A stretch of DNA of 63,996 nucleotides, filler included, from Craspedostauros australis (lineage: Eukaryota): assembly GCA_030167865.1 (NCBI GenBank). It is 8 parts of 8 records of this genome, joined end to end, with 100 filler letters (N's around TTAATTAATTAA, not from the genome) between each part and the next. Parts side by side here need not be neighbours in the genome. Positions count along the whole stretch, not along the records: positions 16,563 to 43,687 come from JALAGF010004914.1; positions 43,788 to 47,595 come from JALAGF010004915.1; positions 47,696 to 51,486 come from JALAGF010004916.1; 5 more parts are not named here. One strand, 5' to 3'. Numbering within the stretch: the stretch's first letter is position 1; each line of letters starts with the position of its first letter. Position numbers and translations under genes: made by a program. A model generated the notes under the pieces. That model was not told the DNA's origin, ran no database searches, and saw only the letters and a list, made by a program, of their open reading frames with translations. Below, in pieces: positions 37,987-50,482 of the stretch.

Positions 37987-38538
37987 GACTGAATGCCACG
38001 TTGCAGTTGCGTGAATTGAGGGGCTTCCCACTCGTAAGACGCACGCTCACGCCCATGCCCACACACTGAGAGAAACAGGGAGAGAGCAGGCTCGGTTTCT
38101 CCTTTGATATCCTCGTAGCTTCAGAAGCGACTTCTGACACGGCAGAAACACACAAATGGACAAATGGAACAGCACAGCACAGGATAGAGTGATGGATTCG
38201 GGAGTTGCAGAAAACGGTTCCACGTTTGCAAACTACTTTCATTGATTGCAACGATGGTGTACTCCTTTCGCGATTCCGCACAGAAGCCCTGCAGCGGTAG
38301 CAACGCCACGGAACCCACAGCACTAACATTGACAACCGGCACCAATATGTGTCACGTGGCAATCAGAATCACCACAGCTGCAACCAAAGCTCACAATATG
38401 AGCGCATCGAATCCTGGTCATCATCAGAATCTCACTGCACCCCAACACAAGACAACACAACACACCACATCGAAGCAAACATATTCTCTTCGAACCCTTC
38501 AATACTGTACAACAGCGCGGCAAGAAGCATAGTACCAG

Positions 38539-39807
38539 ATGTCGGCTCCCAAACTTGAACAGGAAACACCGATTGCTGCCACAGCTGATGACGGCCAGTG
38601 TATTCAAGATGAGTCACTTTCATTGTTGCAAAGACTCAAACAGTCCAGCCAGGACGCCATTTCAAGAAACAAGATCCCATGGTTTCTTGCATGCCTCATT
38701 TCTACTCTTCACATCGTCCAACTTGTGATGTCATCCCAGCATGGCTTTGGTTGGCACAGATGCGCCAGCTTGGCTCAAATCGAGCAGCAGTGCAACCACG
38801 CAACCGAGATGCTGGCTCACGCCAATGATCATGACACGGATTGCGGCATTGAGCTATTCATCGAATCGCTGTTGCTGCTGTCATTGAATGATAATCACAA
38901 TCCCAACGATTCGAACGATGCTGCGGCGTGTCAGCATCTCATCACGATGAATCAAGCCATGCGTCGCTTGGTGCTTTGCGCCTTCGCCATCCTGTCCGTG
39001 GCAGCGTTGGTATTGGTGATCTCGAATACCATCGGTAATTCCCCACATCATCGCAAGGAGCAGATGCTCCGAGATGCGCTGCTGTGCATGATCGTGACAC
39101 TGCACGGGAGCATTCATCAACGTTGGATGCGGAAATCCACCGAGGAGCAACCGTTTCTGAACAAAACTGGTGTGGAGCCGCCGATGGTCCTATCCTGCGC
39201 AATCCTGTGCGCCCTCCTCACATACGCAACGATTCGGCAAAGTCGCCCCGGATGGCAATTGACCAAGGAAGGCAAGCGCGCCATCGCAGCATCAATCAGC
39301 GTTGCGTTCCTCGGATACATGTTGTGTGGCCATACCACGGAGTCGTATCTGTGCTTCATCCTGGTCGCCAACTTGATATGCGTCCCCAGCATCGTGATGA
39401 CGTCCAGATCGGAATATGCGGAATGCACGGGATGGACGCAGTTCGCAGCATCTGCCTTGGGGTGGATCGGGTGGAAATTCTGCAACAGCGCATGGCTTAG
39501 CACCAATGCGATGGACGCAAGATGCGCTGCCGTGCAATCTGTCGGATGGTACATCACTTCCTTCTTCATGGCCTACATCAATCTCTTCTTCCTTGGACAC
39601 CCATCGTTGTCCATGCCATCACCATCGTCTGGCAATTCGCAAAAAGGATTGATCTTCCAAGATCGTCAAGCCGCCTCGGAAAACGCATCGACTCCAGACG
39701 ACGGATCATTGGAATCGAAAGATGACGGCGCCGGCGACGAGGCTGACGATGATGACGAGTGGGATGCCTTCAGTTTGTCTACTTTGAAGGGACGACCCGC
39801 TAAGTAG
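38539..39807 (+). CDS. Multi-pass membrane protein, possibly a divergent alkaline-ceramidase (CREST)-like fold
   Basis: 422-aa ATG ORF with 7-8 hydrophobic segments. The family assignment is weak and the catalytic His residues are not clearly present. Confidence 0.5.
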   Translation: MSAPKLEQETPIAATADDGQCIQDESLSLLQRLKQSSQDAISRNKIPWFLACLISTLHIVQLVMSSQHGFGWHRCASLAQIEQQCNHATEMLAHANDHDTDCGIELFIESLLLLSLNDNHNPNDSNDAAACQHLITMNQAMRRLVLCAFAILSVAALVLVISNTIGNSPHHRKEQMLRDALLCMIVTLHGSIHQRWMRKSTEEQPFLNKTGVEPPMVLSCAILCALLTYATIRQSRPGWQLTKEGKRAIAASISVAFLGYMLCGHTTESYLCFILVANLICVPSIVMTSRSEYAECTGWTQFAASALGWIGWKFCNSAWLSTNAMDARCAAVQSVGWYITSFFMAYINLFFLGHPSLSMPSPSSGNSQKGLIFQDRQAASENASTPDDGSLESKDDGAGDEADDDDEWDAFSLSTLKGRPAK

Positions 39808-40332
39808 AAGACCCGTAGGAGCGATGTTGATAACGATCGAATAGGATGGTGTTTGTTATAACGCAACGAATACATCTGAGTGTGGTAAAGTAGGCCGTAT
39901 AATTCTTGATGATCTCGCTCAATGCTTCAATGCGTGTGATGAAAATGAAGTCTTGGATCTTGTGCCACGCGTCGAGATTCGTCATTTTTCGCCGTTTCAC
40001 CTTGTGCCTGTGTGTGAGTCTGTTTGTGAGTGCGTTGTTGTGAGTGGTTTTCGCGTTTCGTGTGTGACTCGAATAGCCATTTTATTAGCTTTCTCATTTC
40101 TTGTCTTTCTTCCTCTTCTTCCTCACAGAGAGATCCATGTTGCGGCGACACTTCATATCTCCCCTTGGCAACAGAGACGATGCGAAGTGATGGAGCCATC
40201 CAATGCTTGCTAGCACCGAAATGAGCTCATAAAAAGGCACAGCAACCGCCATCCGCTACCCACAGCAACCCACAACAATCCACATTCACATTGACACCAA
40301 GCACTGCCGTGGCCACCCTCTGTCGAACAAGC

Positions 40333-41928
40333 ATGACCGCCCCCAAGACGCAGGAACAGATCGACACCGAGAAGCTCCAGAGACAGCAGCTCGTCGTCGA
40401 TCATATCCGTCAGCACTGCCTCGCCGTGTCCGAAAAGGATGAATCCACAACGCCCGACGATTTCCTGAGAATCCGCGATGCCATTTGACAAGACGGCGAT
40501 GAATTGGTGGCCGAGCTTCTCTGCGGCGGTTTCACCAACCTCTCCTTCAAGGTGCACCTCGCCAATGCGCCATCCTTGGTTGTCTTTGCCAAGCTCACCT
40601 TCGAACACAGCATGTGGGACGTTGACTGCACGATGCAGTACGACCTTGCTCGCACCGACAACGAATTCCAGACCATGAACAACTGCATCAGCATCCTTCG
40701 CAATGGCGGTGCCCCCGAGGATCGATTACCTGTGGTGACGCCGTACCTCTGCTCCGATCTGAGCAGGGACGGCCGGCGCATGAAAATCTTTGTCACGCAA
40801 TGGTCACGTGCCGATGAACAGTGGTCCGCGCAATTCGCAGACGGTGAGATCGATTCGCGCGTCACGACGAGGCTGGCGAAGTCGATGGCCCGGCTGCACT
40901 CGAAGTCGATCGACCCATCCTTCAACAACGGCGTTCGGGAGTATCTGTTGAGCGGATTCGCCGAATTGAATGGTGCCCTTGCCGCCATGGTGAGTGCACC
41001 ACCGGCCGATGACAACCGAACCTTGGCATTTCTATCCGAAGGCATCGGCGCAGAGCTGTATCCGCAGATATGGTCGAACTTCACACGGAGCTACAGCACC
41101 CCAGAGTGCATGATCCACAACGATTTGCACATGTTCAACATTCTCGTGGAAAAGAAGCCTTTGGCGTCGGAAGGCATCGCAAGTTTGGTCTGCGATGACG
41201 GGAGCGACGTGCCCAGATTTGGCCCGCATGGCGACATGACGATCTGCGATTGGGAGATGTCCCATGCGGGCCCCAGAGGCAAGGACGTTGGAACTGTCAT
41301 GTGCTGGCCGATTGCTTGCGCCATGGCGCACGCCAGCCAAGGCAACGGCGGCGCCGTGCAAAGCATGCTGGGCTTCATCGCGCAGTACCGACAAGAGTAC
41401 CTGGACGAAGTCCAATCCATCACTCCATCAACTGGCGATGGAGTTGACGCGCCATCTTCCGCCATGACATTCCAACAGAGTGTGGGCTGGGCCGGCTTCT
41501 TCATTCTCGGTGCGTACATTTTTGCGCCTTTCCATTACGATCTGCTACCATTTGGCCTGAATGCCACTCAGGATACGAAGGATGACGTGCGCCAGTCGTT
41601 GGGATTTTTGGTATTCAACTTTTGGAAGATAGGTTTCTCGCCGTCATCGTCAACTGAGGAAGGCACTGACACCCTGAAGGATCCTGCTCCGGGACCATCA
41701 CTGGGTGCCTTGATAGCAGAGTTCGATTCGTTGCTGCACGAGGAGCTGCAGCTGTTGCTGGAGCGGGCCGCAAAGAACAAGATCCGACCCCCGACGCATC
41801 TCATCGCTTCAGCGATGCAGAAATCTTCCGATCATCAGTGCTGTCGTTGCAATCTATCCCAGACGAGTGGCATAACGAGTAAAGTGTTAGTCTGTACCAG
41901 CCTGTACCATGTTGTAGGTGTGCCATAA
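40333..41928 (+). pseudogene. APH/choline-kinase-fold phosphotransferase (methylthioribose kinase-like) with an in-frame TGA at 40486-40488
   Basis: GGFTNLSFKV, VFAK, IHNDLHMFNILV, ICDWEMSHAGPRGKDVG. The upstream ATG at 40333 is in frame but separated from the kinase domain by one stop. Confidence 0.65.
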
Positions 41929-42206
41929 GCAGAGCCACAGGTTGTCGTCTACTCATCGCCTCCCCAAGAAGAGAAGGAGAATAAAACGAACAAGGTTTGA
42001 TCCAAACAGGATCCGCACATGGCGATCTGGAGACTGTCTTGGTTGGTACGGTATGTACGTACATGGCTGCTCATATACATGTGAATAGTCCGAAAACTGT
42101 GTAGCATACAACCAAGTCCAGAGAGAGACATGATGAAAGTAACAATACACAAGTGATCTCAGCGCCCCATTCACCGGATCTTTCTCCGATAGCACGCTCA
42201 TCTCAG

Positions 42207-43595
42207 TCAACGTGTAGTGTTTCCTTCCATTTGTTGGACTCGCTTCCTGATCTTGGCATCCAATTGTTCTTTGCTGTTGGACCTTCCATACGCAGTAGTC
42301 TGTGCCACGGTCCCAAATTGGATCGTGAAATTCAGGTCGAGACTTGCGTCTCTGAGAGTTTGCCACCAGAAGATATCGGCGCCTGCTGCCTGCGCAGCCT
42401 CGCCTTTTTCGATTTGTGTGATCTTCGCCCGCAGCCAAGGCTTGTTCGGTCCAGTGAAATGGCGAAATGAGGTGTATGGAAGCGCGGGGGATGGAAACCC
42501 TCGGTCTTTCACAAGTGGCGCTTGGTCATTCACGCAAGCATACTTGTCAAGCACAAGTGAGTCGCGATGATCCAGCACGGCGGATCCGTCACGATCAACC
42601 CAATGCTCTGTCGTGGGCCCAATGATGATAGAAACATCACGGCGGTGATACTTGACCCAGTAGTACAGCAGTCCCTGATCTCCGTGCTCACAGTGCCACG
42701 CCCATTTCTTGTTCAGGCCCTTCTTGCGGTCCTCGATATGGCGAAACGTCGTCCATACATCATCGCCACCCTCAAACACGTGCCCCCAACCCCTCGTCTG
42801 GTTGAACTTGGGGCCTTTGGTGATGAGGCTTGCCTCTTTCTCTTGCCGTTCGATGATTGCTTGTATCTCATCGTAGAACCCTGGCGCTGGTCTCAGCATA
42901 AAGAATCCGCCGTTGGCTGGTGAGGAGGTCCAGGTCAGCACCATATTCTTGCGGAGGACTGGCTGCGTCAGCCCCTGGTCAGCCAATGCCTGCGGATCAG
43001 GCTCTGACAAATCAAAGAGATCATCCATGGAACAGAATGGCATGATGTCGGCGTCCATGTACAAGACTCTGCTGTACTCAGTGAGTTTCAAGATCTCGAA
43101 TTTTCGTAGCATCGCCTCGTGAAACGTCATCTTCTCGTTGGACCGCTCCATGTATTTGATCTTGACACCTGATTCCCACAACATCCTCTCCTCCTCTGGC
43201 AGCAGCCTGTCATTTGGCGCGCTGTGGAACATCTCGACCATGACAACGATATCCACCTTCGATCCCGCGTTGCGTAGCACACGTGCCGCGACGACGACGT
43301 TGTAGAGCATGCCGAGGTGGTTGCCTGGATTGGTGGAGTCGCATCCAGCCATGAGGTAGACGTAGGCCCACTTCCGTCGAGGCTGCGTGTTGCCATTTGG
43401 GGTATTGTCTGCCGCAACAGCAATGTGATCGTTGTGCAATCCCACGAAGGGGGCATCAATCGTCTCGATGGAGGCCTGGGAAAAGATCTTTGAATGGATC
43501 ACCGCGTTTCCAAGGACAACAATCGCGACGGCGCTCAACACCCATAGTAGTACACATTTCCGCCGATTCCCTTTGTAGTGATGATTCCTCGCCAT
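42207..43595 (-). CDS. Type II membrane GT8 (glycogenin-like) glycosyltransferase
   Basis: N-terminal TM helix; KWAYVYL, KFEILKLTEYSRVLYMDAD, NGGFFMLRP, GDQGLLYY, HFTGPNKPW. Confidence 0.88.
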   Translation of the reverse strand: MARNHHYKGNRRKCVLLWVLSAVAIVVLGNAVIHSKIFSQASIETIDAPFVGLHNDHIAVAADNTPNGNTQPRRKWAYVYLMAGCDSTNPGNHLGMLYNVVVAARVLRNAGSKVDIVVMVEMFHSAPNDRLLPEEERMLWESGVKIKYMERSNEKMTFHEAMLRKFEILKLTEYSRVLYMDADIMPFCSMDDLFDLSEPDPQALADQGLTQPVLRKNMVLTWTSSPANGGFFMLRPAPGFYDEIQAIIERQEKEASLITKGPKFNQTRGWGHVFEGGDDVWTTFRHIEDRKKGLNKKWAWHCEHGDQGLLYYWVKYHRRDVSIIIGPTTEHWVDRDGSAVLDHRDSLVLDKYACVNDQAPLVKDRGFPSPALPYTSFRHFTGPNKPWLRAKITQIEKGEAAQAAGADIFWWQTLRDASLDLNFTIQFGTVAQTTAYGRSNSKEQLDAKIRKRVQQMEGNTTR

Positions 43596-43687
43596 CGCAC
43601 TTGGCTTGCTTTGCGTTGCGCCGCCTCTCGTCTACTCTATCGACATCGCTCTCTTCGAGTATTGTGGCTGTTGTTCCTCATGATGGT

Positions 43688-43787
43688 NNNNNNNNNNNNN
43701 NNNNNNNNNNNNNNNNNNNNNNNNNNNNNNNTTAATTAATTAANNNNNNNNNNNNNNNNNNNNNNNNNNNNNNNNNNNNNNNNNNNN
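43688..43787. other. Artificial contig spacer
   Basis: N-run/TTAATTAATTAA/N-run. Confidence 0.97.
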
Positions 43788-46700
43788 TTGCTCGCGCATT
43801 GATCATTTGTATGTACATCTGTCCAGAACACGATATTCAGTGGCGCTGAATATTCACCATCATATGAATCACCAAAATTGACCGCAGAACCTCTATATAT
43901 GCAATGGCGGTCTATAACCACTTGGAACGCACCCATTGGGGACCATACCATCGTCCCCCATCGTTGGTTTGATCGCGTATTGATCATTCCTATGTACATC
44001 TGGCCAGAACACGATNNNNNNNNNNNNNNNNNNNNNNNNNNNNNNNNNNNNNNNNNNTTTGACCGGAGGACCCCATAAATATGCAATGATGGCCTATAAC
44101 CACTCGGAACACACCCATGGGGGACCATACCATGGCCCACCATTGTTGGTTTGCTCGCGTATTGATCATTCCTATGCACTTCTGGCCAGAACACGATATT
44201 CAGTGTTGCTGAATATTCAACTTCATGTGTATCACGAAATTGGACCGGAGGACGCCTTAAATATGTAATTACGGCCTATAACCACTTGGAACGCGCCCAT
44301 TGGGGACCATATCATCGTCCCCCATCGTTGGTTTGCCCGCGCATTGATCATTCCTATGTACATCTGGCCAGAACACGATATTCAGTGGCGCTGAATATTC
44401 ACAGTCATATGAATCACCAAATATGACCGGAGGATCCTATAAATACGTAATTACGACCAATAACCACTCGGAACACACCCATGGGGGACCATACCATGGC
44501 CCACCATCGTTGGTTTGCTCGCGCATTGATCATTCCTATGTACATCTAGCCAGAACACGATATTCAGTGGTGCTGAATATTCAACTTCATGTGTGTGACG
44601 AAATTGGACGGAGGCACGCTTAAATATGCAATGACGGTCTATAACCACTCGGAATACACCCATGGGGGACCATACCATCGCCTACCATCGTTGGTTTGCT
44701 CGCGGATCGATCATTCCTATGTACATCTGGCCAGAACACGATATTCAGTGGTGCTGAATATTCACCATCATATGAATCACCAACTTTGACCGGAGGACCC
44801 CATAAATATGCAATGATGGCCTATAACCACTCGGAACACACCCATGGGGGACCATACCATGGCCCACCATTGTTGGTTTGCTCGCGTATTGATCATTCCT
44901 ATGCACTTCTGTCCAGAACACGATATTCAGTGGCGCTGAATATTCAACTTCATGTGTATCACCAAATTGGACGGAGTGACCTCTAAATATGTAATTACGA
45001 CCTATAACCACTCGTAACGCACCCATTGGAGACCATACCATCGTCGCCCATTGTTGGTTTGCTCGCGCATTGATCATTCCTATGCACTTCTGGCCAGAAC
45101 ACGATATTCAGTGTTGCTGAATATTCACAGTCATATGAATCACGAAATTTGACCGGAGGACCCCATAAATATGCAATGACGATCTATAACCACTCGGAAC
45201 GCACCCATGGGGGACCATACCATGGCCCACCATCGTTGGTTTGCTTGCGGACCCATCATTTGTATGCACTTCTGTCCAGAACACGATATTCAGCGGTGCT
45301 GAATATTCACTGTCATATGTATCACCAAATTGGACGGAGTGACCTCTAAATATACGATTACGGCCTATAACCACTTGGAACGCACCCATTGGGGACCATA
45401 CCATCGTCCCCCATCGTTGGTTTGCCCGCGAATTGATCATTCCTATGTACATCTAGCCAGAACACGATATTCAGTGGTGCTGAATATTCACCATCATATG
45501 AATCACCAAATTTGACCGCAGAACCCCTAAATATGCAATGACGGTCTATAACCACTCGGAACGCACCCATTGGGGACCACATCATCGTCCGCCATCGTTG
45601 CCTTGCTCGCGCATTGATCATTCCTATGTACATCTGTCCAGAACACGATATTCAGTGTTGCTGAATATTCACTGTCATATGTATCACGAAATTGGACGGA
45701 GAGACCTCTAAATATGCAATGACGGTCTATAACCACTCGGAACGCACCCATCGGGGACCATACCATGGCCCACCATCGTTGGTTTGCTTGCGGACCCATC
45801 ATTTGTATGCACTTCTGGCCAGAACACGATATACATTGCCTCTGAATATTCACAGTCATATGTATCACCAAATTGGACGGAGTGACCTCTAAATATGTAA
45901 TTATGGCCTATAACCACTCGGAACGCACCCATGGGGGACCATATCATCGCCCGCAATCGTTGGTTTGCTCGCGCGTTGATCATTCCTATGTACATCTGGC
46001 CAGAACACGATATTCAGTGGTGCTGAATATTCACCTTCATTTGAATCACCAATTTTGACCGCAGGATCCCATAAATATGTAATTACGGTCTATAACCACT
46101 CGGAACGCACCCATCGGGGACCATACCATGGCTCAACATCGTTGGTTTGCCCGCGCATTGATCCTTTACATGTGCATCTGGCCAGAACACGATATACATT
46201 GCCTCTGAATATTCACTGTCATATGTACCACGAAATTGGACGGAGAGACCTCTAAATATGTAATTACGGCCTATAACCACTCGGAACGCACCCATGGGGG
46301 ACCATACCATGGCTCAACATCGTTGGTTTGCTCGCGCATTGATCCTTTACATGTACATCTGGCCAGAACACGATATTCAGTGGCGCTGAATATTCACAGT
46401 CATATGTATCACCAAATTTGACCGGAGGACCCTTTAAATATGCATTGGCGACCTATATTCACTCGGAACGCACCCATGGGGGACCATACCATGGCCCACC
46501 ATCGTTAGTTTGCTCGCGGATCGATTCTTTACATGTACATCTGGCCAGAACACGATATTCAGTGTTGCTGAATATTCACTGTCATATGTATCACCAAATT
46601 GGACGGAGTGACCTCTCAATATGCAATGACGGTCTATAACCACTCGGAACGCACCCATGGGGGACCATACCATGGCCCAATATCGTTGGTTTGCTCGCGG

Positions 46701-47595
46701 ATCGATCATTCCTATGTACATCTGGCCAGAACACGATATTCAGTGGTGCTGAATATTCTACTTCATGTGTGTGACCCAATTTGACCGGAGTCACGCTTAA
46801 TTATGCAATGACGGTCTATAACCACTTGGAACACACCCATCGGGGACCATACCATGGCCCACCAGCGTTGATTTTCTCGCGCATTGATCCTTTACATGTA
46901 CATCTGGCCAGAACATGATATTCACTGGCGCTGAATATTCACAGTCATATGTATCACCAAATTTGACCGCAGAACCCCTAAATATGTAATTACGGCCTAT
47001 AACCACTTGGAATGCACCCATTGGGGACCATACCATGGCCCACTATCGTTGGTTTGCTCGCGCATTGATCCTTTCCATGTACATCTGGCCAGAACACGAT
47101 ATTCAGTGGTGCTGAATATTCAACTTCATATGAATCACCAATTTTGACCGAAGGACGCCTTAAATATGCAATGACGGCCTATAACCACTCGGAACGCACC
47201 CATTGGGGACCACATCATCGTCCGCCATCGTTGCCTTGCTCGCGCATTGATCATTCCGATGTACATCTGGCCAGAACATGATATTCAGTGTTGCTGAATA
47301 TTCACAGTCATATGTATCACCAAATTTGACCGCAGAACCCCTAAATATGTAATTACGGCCTATAACCACTTGGAATGCACCCATTGGGGACCATACCATG
47401 GCCTACTATCGTTGGTTTGCTTGCGAATCGATCCTTTACATGCACTTCTGGCCAGAACACGATATTCAGTAGTGCTGAATATTCACAGTCATATGTATCA
47501 CCAAATTTGACCGCAGAACCCCTAAATATGTAATTACGGCCTATAACCACTCGGAACGCACCCATTGGGGACCATACCATCGCCCACAATCGTTG
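43788..47595. repeat. Tandem satellite DNA, 181/182-bp monomer, ~21 copies, filling the whole contig
   Basis: Anchor CCAGAACACGAT at 44186, 44368, 44550, 44731, 44913, 45094, 45276, 45457, 45638 and onward, spaced 181-182 bp. Confidence 0.97.
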
Positions 47596-47695
47596 NNNNN
47601 NNNNNNNNNNNNNNNNNNNNNNNNNNNNNNNNNNNNNNNTTAATTAATTAANNNNNNNNNNNNNNNNNNNNNNNNNNNNNNNNNNNNNNNNNNNN
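47596..47695. other. Artificial contig spacer
   Basis: N-run/TTAATTAATTAA/N-run. Confidence 0.97.
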
Positions 47696-48058
47696 TACCA
47701 ACCCCACTCAACCACTTCGCCACGACGAAGCAGACCTGATGATGTTGCACATCGTGATATCATTGGTGTTTCGTGACGACGTATCTAATTGGGTGACGTC
47801 GATGACGGATCGGCCGAGCACATGGTTGAATGCATGTAAACTCGCATGCACCGCTTCTCCCAAAACTCCACAACTAGTGCTATCGTGGAGGGACTGTTGG
47901 ATGGTCCCATCCGAACACCTGAAAAAGAGACTAAACAATTCAAAATCGGAACAAAGTTGCTGAAACAAAGAACAGCAAAAGGTTAAATTGGATCGATGTA
48001 GTCGGAGGAAAAAGGCTGAGTCCCTAAAGCAGTCTAAAAATGCTCACATTGACGGGTC

Positions 48059-48214
48059 CATAAAACTTAAAATAGGATCTAACTTAAAAATCTATTGGTT
48101 AATTATTTATATGGAGATTACGAGGATTACGAATATGTGCTTTGTTTGGATATCGGAGACAAATGTTATTGAGTCCCATGACAAAGTGCAGGTCGACTCA
48201 CTGATCGGGCTCTT
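48059..48214 (+). repeat. Dispersed AT-rich repeat, copy 2 (homologous to 18831-18991)
   Basis: Collinear shared blocks as listed for copy 1. Confidence 0.75.
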
Positions 48215-48563
48215 AGTAGGATGGTGCACGTAGATCGTACGGACAACACCAGAGAGCGCTTCTGTTGCTTTGGGAATTCGCACAGACACCAAAAGATCCA
48301 AAATTCTCTCATGTTCTTGGGAATCAAAACAGGTGGCGCGAAAGATACGATTTCGAGATCGTTGCACCGACGGGGCAGTTCATGCAATGCTCCCATGAGT
48401 GCAACATTCAATACTCGCTCGCCATGCACAATGCATGCATCTCAGCCTATGCTGTCCAAGATCCCACTCGTATTGCCGTTGAAGCGTTAGCAATTCTATC
48501 ATCACAGTTACTTCCTCCTACGCTTGCCTTGCTACGAGTATCCTCATTCTACACTGCGCTGCT

Positions 48564-49526
48564 CTACTTCTGTTTGACGACATCCAACAACTCCAACCTC
48601 CACCACAATCGCACTTGTCCTGGCACATCATACTTGTCCGAACCATATATTCCATAGCCCAACGCATTGGGAATGTCCAACTCCCGAATCTCGCCCACGC
48701 ACATGCCAGCCATGCCCACATCCACGCCGTTGACGACGCGTCCCTTGCCCAGCGGGAATGTGATGGAATCTCCCTCGTCGTAGATGGGCCCACCGGGCGA
48801 CGCCACACGCGCCTCGTACCGGATCGTGACCAAATCACCACGCTTGGCCTTGCCGGCATCGCACTGTCCTTTCCGAATCGTCTTCGTCACGAGCCCCGTG
48901 CCCTTCGTCGACAGCGGCGGTCCCTCACCCTTCTCTTGTTGCAGCATCCCATCCAACGCCTGCTGCGGCGTCGCCGCTGTCGCTTCCGCCGTATTGTAGA
49001 ACTGCAGCACGATGGGATACGGCCCATTCTGCAACCGCCCCACGACAGCGGACGACGACGCGAATCCCAGCACCACCATGCCCGGTTGCACGGTCTGCGA
49101 CATGCTGGCCTCGACGACGCTGTACGTGCGGCCTTGCAGCGTGGCGTCCTTCAATCGAACGCCCGCCTTGTCGTCTTTGGTGTCGAGGATGATCGTCGTG
49201 ATGAACTGCGGCGATGGTTTGGACAGCGACGATTCTGTCTCGGCCTGGGCAGGTTGCGATGCTGTTGCCGCCGTAATCCACAGCGCGTTGGTCAGCACGG
49301 ATCGGCGGTCCAATGATTCTCCAACTGGCAACGCTTGCGACGATGGCGATGGTTGTACCGATGGTGGACTATTGGCACTGCGAGGAGTCAATTTGCTTGC
49401 AGGATCGTTGGATGGACGTCCCATCGGCTGAAGTGCCGAACATCGCTGCGGTTGAAGTAGCACCAAAAGTGCACAAAAGAGCAGGATCGAATAGCGAGAA
49501 CAGTCGTCCTTCATCGTCATCACCAT
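48564..49526 (-). CDS. FKBP-type peptidyl-prolyl isomerase, thylakoid-lumen targeted
   Basis: AKRGDLVTIRY, FPLGKGRVVNGVDVGMAGMCVGEIRELDIPNALGYG; signal peptide CSA|L, twin-Arg DRRSVL, AQA site. Confidence 0.9.
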   Translation of the reverse strand: MVMTMKDDCSRYSILLFCALLVLLQPQRCSALQPMGRPSNDPASKLTPRSANSPPSVQPSPSSQALPVGESLDRRSVLTNALWITAATASQPAQAETESSLSKPSPQFITTIILDTKDDKAGVRLKDATLQGRTYSVVEASMSQTVQPGMVVLGFASSSAVVGRLQNGPYPIVLQFYNTAEATAATPQQALDGMLQQEKGEGPPLSTKGTGLVTKTIRKGQCDAGKAKRGDLVTIRYEARVASPGGPIYDEGDSITFPLGKGRVVNGVDVGMAGMCVGEIRELDIPNALGYGIYGSDKYDVPGQVRLWWRLELLDVVKQK

Positions 49527-50200
49527 CCTTGGCTCGCTATGTGCTCTCTCTCCAGATAGTTACTGGGATCAAATGATCGCTGATCCCTGTGCTATTACCT
49601 GAATTTCCTCTGGTGGAATGGACTTGCGATGCTGGTGTCCAAGTTGGCATCCACCTTCCACAGTCCGATGTTGATGGGTGGGTGGATCTTTCTTCCGTTG
49701 CTTTAGTTCCTTGTGGTTGGTGACGTTGTGTGGCGAACCCTGTGATTTCTGTTTTCTGGATTCGTTTTTAGTCACGAGACATTGGTGCGATCGAGTCACG
49801 GTTATCCTCGCTTCGCCTTTTGTAGTCGATTCAGTCGATCTTCCTCTCTTGTGAGAAGTTTGGAAGGGAACCGACATGATTGGCACGACAGATGACATGG
49901 AGCGAACTTCCGTGTTTGGCACACATTTGACACCAACATCTGTTGTGCCTTTCTCCTTCCTTGTTGATGGGCGACGACCACCATCGCGAGTCTCGTCGCG
50001 GAGAAGAGGGTGTTTGCTTCAAGCCGGCTCAACAATCTCTGCTCCAGAGAGAATCCTTCTCCACGATTTCGCTGTTTGCATTCTCATGAATGGCACACCT
50101 CTTGTATTCGAAGCGGCGGCACATTCAGACACGCCGCCACGTATTATACTTCTCCATCGGGTCAGACTCTTCACGTGCCTGCTTCCCTCATTCATTCGGT

Positions 50201-50243
50201 CATCCATCCATCCATCCATCCATCCATCCATCCATCCATCCAT
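50201..50243. repeat. (CATC)n microsatellite
   Basis: Visible tetranucleotide run. Confidence 0.95.
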
Positions 50244-50482
50244 TCATAGCAACATCGCAGCACTGCGTTGGCGAAGCATTCCAAGTCACTCGATCCGTCT
50301 TCTCAGCTGCAACCGCAACAGCTCGTACAGACGCTGTCCGTCCATCCATTCAGCTCGGCTCAAGTCCAGGAATGATATCCCCTCCTTCATCTCCTTCATC
50401 CCCCTCAAGTGCCTCCATTCCAATTCGCAGCAGCGCCCGCCGCAGCACACGCATTCACTCCTGCGTCCACAACTTCATTTGC

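Noticed and set aside
43788..47595. CRISPR array or repeat-protein gene
   Set aside because: The whole monomer is repeated with no unique spacers and no cas genes. Monomer lengths of 181/182 are not multiples of three, so the many short ORFs are artefacts.
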